The notes below the pieces were generated by a model that was not told the DNA's origin, searched no databases, and was given only the letters and a program-made list of their open reading frames with translations. A program made the position numbers and the translations under genes. A DNA stretch of 64,000 bases from the NCBI RefSeq assembly GCF_009914755.1, contig NC_060945.1. One strand, given 5' to 3'. Below are positions 53,330 through 64,000 of the stretch, piece after piece. Position 1 is the first letter of the stretch. Each line of letters begins with the position of its first letter. The DNA is from the human T2T-CHM13v2.0 reference genome, Homo sapiens.

Positions 53330-54155
53330 AATTTTGAGTAGCAGGAATTGATCCTGCCTCATGAGTATAGCCACAAGGTACATTGTGAAGTGTCTGAATT
53401 GCTATATTCCTTTAAAGAGCATTGAAGTTTGTTTTTGTGTGCAATGAATTTATTTGCTTACCAGTGTAACCATTTGGAAGCTTTGTGCCATGCTTTGTTT
53501 TACTGTTTCAATAAAACTTTACTTTGTATAGTTTTGCACTTCTACCAAGCTGGTACCCTTCTAGTTTCTCTATTAAATGCCCTGGATAAACCATAAGGAT
53601 GGAGCTCAAATATCTACATGCTCTCTGTAACCTTTGGGAATTACTCAACTCATAGTTTCCTTGTCATTTTTGCCTGACCTTATAGAATTTCACCATACAC
53701 ACAGAGAACTTAGTGTCCAACAAAGATACAAGAGGACCTCTATGAAGATATCCGAAACATTTTCTGGGTACATTTAATCTTTCCAGAACTTCTTCCTCCA
53801 AAGTTCATACACTACAGCCTTCCTAAACTTTTATTTCTGTCATCTCAACCAAATATATTAGTAGACTCTCTCTGAGATCACTGTTTTAGTCTAAGGCCAT
53901 ACCACCCAAATGTGCCTGATCTCATTTGAGAACATTGTTTTGTGCTCCAGGAGCCAAAAATATGTCTGCAGGCAGACATCTGAGAAAGCTGTAGTGCCTT
54001 CCAAACTCATTTCCTTCTCTTGAGGTTCACAGAAAGAACCTTGTTATCTACAGACTGAAACCTATTACTTTATATATTTTGTTTTGATGTTTTGTTTGTT
54101 TGCATTTGAGTTTAATGAGTTTAAGTCTAGACCCTATATTTTATGGTGCTCAGAA
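53330..54155 (-). mobile_element. Ancient L1ME-like 5' region
   Basis: caaagatacaagaggacctctatgaagat and the terminal cagaagcagaaatc resemble L1ME 5' ends (recall). Confidence 0.55.
53889..53929 (+). pseudogene. 5S rRNA 5'-fragment retropseudogene (nt ~1-42, tailless)
   Basis: gtctaaggccataccacccaaatgtgcctgatctcatttga vs 5S GTCTACGGCCATACCACCCTGAACGCGCCCGATCTCGTCTGA; differences mostly at CpGs; flanking direct repeats. Confidence 0.88.
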
Positions 54156-54289
54156 GCAGAAATCTACCATCTTAAATTTTGTTTTTCCACAGTATTCCCT
54201 ACTGTGCCCTTCACACTGATGTATGAACTCAAGACAGGCCCACTTCTCTGCCGAAGAATGTCCTAATACCAAGTAAATAAGTATTCTCT
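54095..54289 (+). repeat. 195-bp direct-repeat copy (probable donor)
   Basis: Matches 51231-51425; continuous with the upstream L1ME-like sequence. Confidence 0.97.
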
Positions 54290-55044
54290 GAACAGAGCTT
54301 GGAAAGGAGCTTGGGAAAGAGCTAAGTTGTATCAGAATCACTCAAATAGGAATTAAAAATATTTCTAACAATGTAAACAATATATGTAAGCCTAACAAAT
54401 TCAATTAACAAGTATTGGATGTATCCTTGTGCCAAAAATACTATAAAGACAATGAGCAAAGTAATGGTGAAATACCGTCTGGTTTACACACACACACATA
54501 CACACGAAAACATACACACACACGTATATAAACTGAATTTTACATATTACAAAAAAAATCCAGGATTATAAAAGTTTCAGCTACTGCTTTTAAATTGATT
54601 TTGTTTTGCATTTAAAAACAAGAACTAAAAAGGAATATAAAAATGGAGGGGAGGGGAGGCGGTGACATTCTAAGTGGAACGAAAATGTTGCCAGACCCTT
54701 TTCTCAGCAATTCTTTCATCTGGATCAGTAGATGCAATCTGAGTAGGAAAACAGCTTTCATTTGCCAGTTATTTTCATCACCTAGCTGTTGGTATAAATT
54801 ATTTAACAATTCAGTTGTGTGCATGCTGAGCATGGTGTATAAACTAGTCTGCCTGATTCATATTTGTGAAGTGTATGCCATGCATTTGAGGTTGTTGCAA
54901 AATAATATTTCAAAAGTTCAATATGCACATTAAAATAAACTCAACTCATAGGAAAAGTGTGCAAATATTTGATATCATTAAAATCTCTGTAGTTACTGTT
55001 TTTAAGAATAAAATGTTACATATGATATGTATAATTTTAAATTA

Positions 55045-57180
55045 CAGGCATGCTTTATTTTATTGCAGTTTACTTTATTGTATTTATCAGATACTGTGTT
55101 TTTTACAAATCCAACGTTTGTGATAACCCTGCATCAAACAAGTTGAAGAGCACCATTTTTCCAACGGCATGTGCTTATTTCATGTCTCTCTGCTACATTT
55201 TACTATGTATTGCAATATTTCAAACTTTTTCATTACTATTATGTCTTTTATGGTGATCTGTGATCAGTGATCTTAGCTCTTCCTAATGTAATTGTTTTGG
55301 GGAGCCATGAAATATGCTCATATAAGATGGCAAATTTAACTTATAAATGCTGTGTGTGTTTTGACTTCTCCAGTAATTGACTGTTTCCCTATCTCTTTCC
55401 CTCTCCTCAGAACTGCAAATTCCATGAGGCACAACGATATTAAAATTAGATCAGTTAATAACCCTACATTGGTCTCCAAGTGTTCAAGGGAAAGGAAGAG
55501 TCATACATCTCTCACTCTAAATCAAAAGCTAGAAATGACTGAAGCTTAGTGAGGAAGGCATGCCAAAAACTTAGGCCAAAAGCTATGCCTTTTGTGTCAA
55601 ACAGCCAAGTTGTAAATACAAAGAAAAATTTCTTGAGAGAAAATAAATGTGCTAATGTAGTGAAGACAGAAATAGTAAAATAAAAAAATAGCTTTATTGT
55701 TGATATGGAAAATTAGTTTTAGGTGTCTGGATAGGAGATTAAACCAGCCACAACATTCCCATAAACTCAAACCTAATCTGGAGAAAGACCCTAACTCTCT
55801 TCAATTCTGTGTCTTCCAGAGAGGTGAGAAAGCTTCCGAAGAAAGGTTGGAAGCTAGCAGAGGCTGGTTCTTAAATTTTAAGAAAATAAATGATTTCTAT
55901 AATATAAAGTATAAGATGAATTAGCAAATGCTGGTAGAGAAGCTCTACAGCAAGTTATCCAAGCAATCTAGCTAAGATATTTTATGACGGCAGCTACACT
56001 AAACAACAGATATTTAATGTGGACAAAACAGCCTTCTATGGGAAGAAGATGCCATCTAGGACTTTCTAGCTTATCTAAAAGATAAGTGGATGCCTGGATT
56101 TAATGCTTAAAAAAACAGACTGACTCTTTAGTTAGGGGCTAATTCAGCCAATGCTCATTTACCATTCTGAAAAATCCTAGGGCCCTTAGGAATTATGCTA
56201 AAATATACTCTCTCTGTGTTTATTAAATAGAACAAAGCCTGATGACAGTACGTTTGTTTACAACGTGATTTACTAATTATTTTAAGCCCATTGTTGAGGT
56301 CTACTGCTCAGAAAAAAATATTCCTTTCAAAATATTACTGTGCACTGACAATGTACCTGGTCACCCAGAAACTGTGATGGAGATGCACAAGGAGATTAAT
56401 TTTGTTTTCATGCCTACTAATAAAACCTCCATTCTATAGCCCATGGATTAAGAAATAATGTCAGATTTCAAGTCTTTAAGTATAAAATTGTTTAAAACTT
56501 AATTTTTAAAAATTCTTTTAACTTTTATTTTAAGTTCAGGGTTAAGTACAGGTTTGTAACATAGCTAAACTTATGCCATAGGAACTTGTTGTACAGATTA
56601 TTTCATCACCCAGGTATTAAGCCTACCCATTAGTTACTTTTCCTGATCCTCTTCCACCTCCCAGCTTCCACCCGCTGAAAGGCCCCAGTGTATGTTTTTC
56701 CCCTCCCTCTATGTGTCCATGTGTTCTCATTATTTAGCTCCCACTTATAAGTAAGAACATGCAGTATTTAGTTTTTCATTCCTTTGTTAGTTTGCTAAGG
56801 ATAATGGTATCCAGCTCCATCCATGTCCCTGCAAAGGACATGATCTCATTCTTTTTCATGGCTATGTAGTATTCCATAGTGTATATGTCTTATTATTTAA
56901 AGAACACATTTTGTAACGCTGTAGCTGCCATAGACAGTAATTCTTTTAATGGATCTGAGAAAAGTAAATTTAAAGCCTTCTGGAAAAAATTCACCATTCT
57001 AGATGTTATTAATAACATTCATGATTCATGAAAGGAGGTCCAAATATCAACATTAATAGGAATTTGGAAGAAGTTGATTCCAAACCTCATGAATGACTTT
57101 GAAGGGTTCAAGACTTCAGAGGAGGAAGCAACTGCAGATGTGGTAAAAATAGCAAGAGAACTAGAATTAGACATAGAGCC
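55045..57180 (+). mobile_element. Tigger1 (Tc1/mariner-pogo) DNA transposon, 3'-truncated and interrupted by L1PA
   Basis: Left end ta|caggcat; aaatcaaaagctagaaatga, gaagctagcagaggctggttc, gaagaagatgccatctaggactttc; decayed transposase peptides in the track. Confidence 0.93.
56516..56888 (-). mobile_element. 5'-truncated older L1PA 3' end nested in Tigger1
   Basis: acttttattttaagttcaggg...tttcatcacccaggtattaagcct...gcaaaggacatgatctcattc. Confidence 0.9.
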
Positions 57181-57461
<281 letters not shown>

Positions 57462-57849
57462 TTAAGTAACAGTGAACATTGATCACGTCAATACATTTTT
57501 AAAATATTTCCACTAGTAGCCGTGTGAAAGATGAACTGAGAATGGAGAAGGAGATGTAACTGGGAGCTGAAAGCCCAGAATGGAAAGATCAATTGGAAGA
57601 TCGATACAGTAAGTCCAGCAAGAAATCATATAATCTTAACCAAAGCAATGGCACTGGAGAAGGAAAACTAAAAAGATTTCAGAAATATTTAAAAGGAAGA
57701 ATGCAAAAAAATGGTTACTACAATGAAATAAATATAAGAAATAAGCCAGGAAAAGTAAAAGCCACGTAGCCACATGACTTGTCATGTCATAAAATCAATT
57801 TACCAGATTTCAAAGTCGTGCCTAATATGAAGCACAATTTGAATGTGTC

Positions 57850-58160
57850 CTTTTCTTTCCCCTATTTTTTTATCCAGCTAAATCTCATTCACAGTTTGGG
57901 TCTTAGTGCAAACATTACATCTGTATGGAAATTTTGTTTAAATACAATGGCCTGTATTAGGTCCACATTTATTTGTTTCCATATTACCTTTCTCCAACTA
58001 TAATCATAGTATCATGTATATTTTTCAATTTTGTTGTTCTTCACTGGAATGTAAGATCCATGAATAAAGGGTCTTTGTCTATATCAATTCACTTAGACCC
58101 CCTAGTTGCTAACATGGCAATTTAAGCAGTATAATCATGATAAATATTTATAAAAGAAAT
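57850..58160 (+). mobile_element. L2 3' fragment
   Basis: cactggaatgtaagatccatgaataaagggtctttgtct. Confidence 0.55.
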
Positions 58161-59557
58161 AACTAATAAACTAAGAAATTAGAAAAAACAATCCTGAATA
58201 TTGTAGATGTATAAATACTATGAATTATGCTTTTAAATGTAAGAGGCAAAATCTACATTTCCTGTGACTTAAATCTGAATAATAAATTCCTGCAATTTAT
58301 ACCTTGGGGGCAATCCTAAAAGGACATTTTGGACTGCTATGGCCATGATATATGTGATTTCTTTAATCATGTCTCCCCTGTGAGTTATATTACTTGCTTT
58401 AAAGAGTGTGGGGGCAGCCATTTTGCTTCTCAGAGCAGTTCAAGTGTTAGTTTTGATATGTAGCTTAGTCCTTAGCTATCTTTAAGATCATTTTTCTTCA
58501 CATATGCAGCTATAACCTTTGAGAATTTTGAGTGTTTCTAATCTAATATTCCTTGAATTAGAGAGCTGAGAGCTGAATGAGAAGTATTCAAGGAGAAAGA
58601 TGCTTACCATAATATGATTCTTAGTTCAAAAATTCATTCATCCATAGCTTTAAAAAGACCCAATACACTGACCTTCAGGTCAGGGGAACAAGTCACATTT
58701 TATTGAGAAGGACGATTTGAGCCTATAAAAATGTCCTGTAGTTTATCATTTCTCTTTAAAGAAATAATAGCTTTAAAGTGTAGTAACTGTGGACCCAAAG
58801 GAAACATTTTTTTGGATCATTTTACCATAACATTTTTTAAAAGGCCCAGAGAGTAATGGAAAGTAGATAACCCCCCCTCCCCATATCTGTCTATTGAATA
58901 AATAGGCAAACCTAGCCTGCTTCTTTATGTAGCAAATCATTATAAGTCTGATCAGCTTTCACTGGCATAACTGCTAAGAAATATGGTCTATTTCTTTCTT
59001 TGTAGCTTTGAAGCCACAAAGGAATTTATTTCTTTATCAATTTTAACTATGTTAATAAGACAAAATAAGCAAAGTAACAACATTATAAATTTATTTTGAA
59101 AGTGTTAAGTAAGATATCCAGATATTTAGATATTTAAAAGCACCTGGATTAAAAACAAACAAAAAACATTATGTGTGTTATTTTCATGGGAATATACAGA
59201 ATTAGCATTTGAAAGACATGGCCCTAATCCTGATTTTGTTTGTTCCTGCCTGTTAAATGGGTAAAATAAAATCAGTCCCACTTTTTTTCTGTGTATAATA
59301 AGAGAAGTATATTAGATGTGTCTACTCAATCAATTTCTTAGTCATAAGAAACAAAACCTATTCTAATTTGTTAACAAAAAAGGAAACATATAGAAGGATA
59401 TTATGTAATATACCTTATCACCATGAAGTCATGAGAATTATAGAGCCTCCCTAGCTGGGAATAATACTCCATTGCCACTACAAGAACATCATTGCTACTG
59501 GGAACCAAATGGCACCATTTCTGTCTCTGCCACTGCTGTGTCTGAAAGAGGCACATC

Positions 59558-59682
59558 GGCTGGGCCGTGGCTCATTGCTGTAATACCAGCACTTTGGGAA
59601 GCTAAGGTGAGAGGATTGCTTGAGCCCAGGAGTTCAAGACGAGCCATGGTAACATAGCGAGATTCTGACTCTACAAAATAAT
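59558..59682 (+). mobile_element. FLAM_C / Alu left monomer
   Basis: ggctgggccgtggctca...ggattgcttgagcccaggagttcaagac...ctctacaaaa. Confidence 0.9.
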
Positions 59683-61046
59683 AATTTTTTAAAACAGAAA
59701 AAGGAGAGTTTCTTCCCCCACTTTTACCAGAATGAGCTCCACTGTTGCTTCTGACTCAAAATCTCACTCACTGATGAGATTACAGAAGCCAGTTCACACA
59801 CCTGTGAAATATGCAAAGTAATTTTCTGGCCTGTATTTTGGGAAGGCATGGACTCAGCTCGTTATTTCTACAAATATATAAAGGGTGTTAGAAAGTTTTG
59901 GTGGCTACAAAACACAAAGTCAAGCTTCACTGTATACCCTTAGTCCTAAAATTATGGATATCTATTAATATATAAGGGATGTAATTTACAGGTAATTAAA
60001 ATTTTCACTTTGCATGGAGCTATTTTGACATCATAGAAATGCAATTTTGATCAACTACGCTAGCTAGGAATTCGACATATAAAGAGGTTTTTGTGCCACC
60101 CAATAGATTTTGCTACCTCAAGTTATGACAGTGCCAGTGCAATTAATTGAATGGATAAATGGTCAACCAGTTGTTCTGTCAAATGCTTCCTCCAGCCAAT
60201 TTAAGTAAAAGACAAAGGCAGATAGTTATTTATTGAATGATAAAGACAGAAATTTTAATTATACTTAAAGCTAGGGGTAAAAAAATTTTGATAAATATCC
60301 AGAACCCCAGAGCTGCATAAAGAATCACAAGATAAAATTACTTTTTAGATTTTGATAGTTTCTAGTTTGTTTTTTAATTTTTACACATTTTTGCATGTTA
60401 GGTAATCTATAAACATTTTTATGTTTTTTAACTAGGATACTTTAATTAGTATAGTGAATAAAATGTAAAATTATGAGATTAATTTGAGTCTAGTTGGCAA
60501 AATTAGATTTTTTTTCCTATTCCATGGAAATATTTACAGTTGTTCTAAAACCACAAAGTAAATTGTATTTAGAATTTTCCTGTGCATATCAGCTGCATTT
60601 TTACTAGAGTTGTGTGTCACTCAGTTGGTATAAATTTGGGTCCCTGTGGGTGCCCAGCTGTTCTTCTCTTGTTGTATATCTTGCAGATTGTATCTGAGCA
60701 TGGAACTTCTTTGAAGCTAACATTAATCTCATGCTAGGACCTGTTTAAAGGTGTGTGCACTTCTTTCCCTCCTCTCTACATCACACCACTCTTATGCCTA
60801 TAGTTTTATTTTATATTAATTTCCAGAAATATTCCTGGAGCAAAAATAAAGCCCATAAGGCCTGTATATGTAGTCTTTTAGTCAATCTAAAAACGTATCA
60901 TTTTAAAGAATATCTAGCTCATAATTTAATATTACAGATTGATTGAATCAGTTTGCAAATAAACTTTAAAATTATTTATATACACACACACATATATATA
61001 TTTCAGATAAAAGAAATAACTACATCATTGGTTATATTCATAATTT

Positions 61047-61180
61047 TAAAAAAAATTTAATGGAGATGGGGGTCTTGCTATGTTGCCCAACCTGGTCTCA
61101 AACTTCTGGCCTCAAGCAATCCTCCCACCTCAGCCTCCCAAAGTGCTGGGATTCCAGACATAAGCCACCCACACCTGGCC
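61047..61180 (-). mobile_element. FLAM_C / Alu left monomer
   Basis: Antisense monomer with a perfect 14-bp TSD tatattcataattt at 61033-61046 / 61181-61194. Confidence 0.93.
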
Positions 61181-61556
61181 TATATTCATAATTTGCCTTA
61201 CTCCTTTTATGTATTTATATTGCAGGTAAATGAAATAATTGCATTATTGGTCATGTTCATACTTTATCTTATTGCTTTTATATATTTATATTTCAAATAA
61301 ATTTAATAATTAAATCACTGGTCATATTCATACCTTGTCTTACTTCTCATTTCAGCGATTATGCTGAATTCAATTGTCATTAAACATGAATCTTGGGTCC
61401 CAATTCTGACAGCCCCAACAAGACCATAAGAAGGAGGAAGTGGCACTTAAGTAATGCTTAACCAAATAAGCAAACAAACAAACAGAAACAAATATCCAAT
61501 ACGTAACTTCTTTAGATATCCTTTCTTTATTTAACTGTTGCCTTCTTTATTTCTTT

Positions 61557-61559
61557 TTC

Positions 61560-61590
<31 letters not shown>

Positions 61591-61870
61591 GAGATAGAGT
61601 CTTGCTCTCTTGCCCAGGCTGGAGTGCAATGGGGCAATCTCAGCTCACTGCAACCAACCTCTGTCTTCCGGGTTCAAGCTATTCTGTCTCAGTCTCCCAA
61701 GCAGCTGGGATTACAGGCACATGCCACCATACCCAGCTAATTTTTGCATTTTTAGTAGAGATGGGGTTTCACTATGTTGACCAGGCTGGTCTCGAACTCC
61801 TGACCTCAGGTGATCCACCTGCCTCAGCCTCCTAAAATGCTGGGATAACAGGTGTGAGCCACTGTGCCAG
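61557..61870 (-). mobile_element. AluS (Sx-like)
   Basis: Full antisense Alu; direct repeat gttgccttctttatttcttt at 61537-61556 / 61871-61890. Confidence 0.96.
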
Positions 61871-62234
61871 GTTGCCTTCTTTATTTCTTTGTAGTAATCA
61901 GTGAAAAAATCTTTGATGTTTTATTTCAGGATGTGAGAGAGATTGTACCCTAGTAATGTAGTAAATTTTGAAGAGATAGGAGCCCTAAGAAAAGGTACAG
62001 AATGAGGTACGCCTGCAAAGGAGATGAAAACAGGTAGCATCCTTGGGTCTATAAAGGAAATGGAATGAAAAGAAGTATTACAAGATGCCATCCCGAGATA
62101 GGGAAATGAAACCAGACAATAATAAGCACACCAAGTTAGCCTTATAAGAGACCTAGTCCACTTCCAAATGTTTCCAAGCATGTACAATTATCATTGTTAT
62201 GCAATCTCTTCAAAAAGTGCTTTTATACACAATA

Positions 62235-62700
62235 AAATGTGGCCAAATATGCCTGCAAAAATATACTGTTTTGTATAAGAAATATTTTGAACTAAAGACA
62301 TTTGAAAAACAACAGATGCAAGAAGGGCATTCTAATTTCCCCGTTGCTTCTTGAAAACAGATGAAATTTCCCATGTGAAAGATGCCCTTCCTGTATTAGG
62401 AGAAAACATTCTTCAAGGGGAAGTCATGGTCAAGAGACTTCGGCACAATCAAACTTTGTTAAGATAATTCCTCTTTTCCTTTATCCTCCCCACATAATTT
62501 AGTTAATTTTCAACAGTTGCATCTCTTTATTCCATATAATATAAAATCTCTTGGGTTTTGCCACTTTTTTGGATCTTCATTCTCTTGTGAGTGGTTCTAT
62601 GTCATGTAAACATATATTAAACGTGGATGTTTTTCTCCTCTTATCTCTCTTATATGTCAATTTAATTCTCAGGCCCGGCCAAGAACTTTAAGAGAGTAAG
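62235..62700 (+). mobile_element. MER34-family ERV1 LTR
   Basis: aatatgcc...tattttgaactaaagacatttga..cagatgcaagaaggg; tcccatgtgaaagatgccct; ttaattctcaggcccggcc. Confidence 0.7.
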
Positions 62701-62752
62701 TATCAATGTGTTATAGGCTCAGTTTATGATTTTCCATTCCTTCCTTTAAACA

Positions 62753-63122
62753 TGTTAAGTTTAGCCTACACCTGCCTCCTTACATATTTTAAGTTTGGCT
62801 TAAAGGTTTCTCTGTATTTAGTGAACTGTAACTTAACTGGATGTATAAACAGACTGTAACTTTCTCTTGGGCCAATCGCCATGTTTCAGCTGATCAGAGG
62901 CTCAAATTCTGTTCAAATAAGGCAAAGCTGAGCAGTAAGCAGTCTGGCTGTCTCTGTTTTGTGTATGTCAGTTTTCTTTTTCTATTCATAATTCTTCAAC
63001 CATGTGGAAACCCTGGAGTCTCTTTGAACCTATTCTGGATAAGGACCTGCTCAATTCTCCAATCATTTTTTGCTCAGTTAAACTCTGTGAAACCTAATTC
63101 GTCTAAGGTTTTTCTTTTAAAA
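62753..63122 (+). mobile_element. MER57-family ERV1 solo LTR
   Basis: ttaagtttagcct..ctgcctccttacatattttaagtt...tgttcaaataaggcaaa...ttaaactctg...gtttttcttttaa. Confidence 0.85.
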
Positions 63123-64000
63123 AACTTAAGATTTAGTTTTCCTGGTTTGAAATTGAGTGTTGAGAAAATATTTTTGCGTGTCTGCACAGTCATGGCTTTC
63201 TCAAAACATTTTCCTGAAAAAGTGGAATCTTGGTCTTATAGCCAGACTTGCAAGTTAATTTGCAGCTGTATTCATAGTGAAAGAACTCCTTGGAAATTTA
63301 GCTAACTCCAAAGATATTTGTTTGTATTTCAAGGGCAAATGAGGCCCATTACTTTGGAGACAAATCTGGCTGCAGATACTGGACTTATCAGCCCTTTGGA
63401 AAATTTATTTTCTTACCAAAGGAGTGGAGTAAGGATCTATTCTCTGTACTTTTCCAAGAAGCACTCTCAGAAAATGAGGAGATAGAATAGTCTTTTTGTC
63501 TTCTAAAAGCAAAGAACAATTCATTTTTTATTATTTTTCTCTTGCATAAGAAGGATCTGACCATTTACATAAGAGATTTGTTCATTTGGCTTTCCTCATA
63601 TCATACTAAACATAAAAATTAAGGCAGAAAGGACCAATAGTTATTAAAATGTAAATAATAATAATTAATCTGGGTCTAGCCCAGAACACTTTATGTTGAC
63701 ATTCACTATAACATTAATATTGATGAATATTAATAACACAATGTGTTGGGAAGAGGAGTGTCAGAAATTCTTGCCACATTCAAAAGTTTCAGCTGTAGGA
63801 TAGTTCTTATTAATAGAGGATTTAATAAAAGTTGCAATGGAATAAATTGTTTTGACAGTAAAGCAAAGAAACAAAAAAAGATAAAGGTACAGGAAGCAAA
63901 CTTTATCATATAAATTAATAATTTATTTCTTCATTGTATTAGAGGTTAATATCCAGGAATGGACAAGCTTTAGAAAGGTTGGGGGAGAAACTGGAGGGTG

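Noticed and set aside
51231-54289. The 195-bp repeats as LTRs of a novel retroelement or as a giant TSD
   Set aside because: There are no TG...CA termini, PBS or PPT, and the enclosed DNA consists of L1 fragments much older than the ~4% divergence between the copies.
55352-55924. Transposase-like ORFs
   Set aside because: These are fragments of a Tigger1 transposase broken by stops and frameshifts, not a domesticated gene.
62841-63305. 154-aa ATG-initiated ORF
   Set aside because: It starts within a MER57 LTR and has no recognisable domain; probably a chance ORF.

Overview
AT-rich, non-coding primate DNA, almost certainly human: it carries an L1HS pre-Ta 3' end and AluY copies. It looks intergenic or deep-intronic. 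No protein-coding gene is supported; the listed ORFs are repeat-derived or short chance ORFs. Much of the window is transposon debris: about 15 Alu/FLAM copies, L1s of many ages (a two-ended L1MC with a nested L1HS, plus L1PA, L1MA and L1ME fragments), MaLR/ERV LTRs (MLT1, MST, THE1, MLT2, MER34, MER57), DNA transposons (Tigger1, MER5, MER20, MER53, Zaphod-like), MIR and L2. All family names come from my recall of consensus sequences, not from a RepeatMasker run. I see no evidence of a new multi-gene system. The most notable features are: a recent 57-bp fold-back inverted repeat with a template-switch signature (23.5 kb); other fold-back junctions (19.8, 22.5 and 51.2 kb); a 195-bp, about 96% identical local duplication carrying a candidate 80-nt exon (51.2/54.1 kb); a tailless 5S rRNA retropseudogene; a possibly polymorphic L1HS insertion; and an RFX X-box enhancer candidate (45.7 kb).
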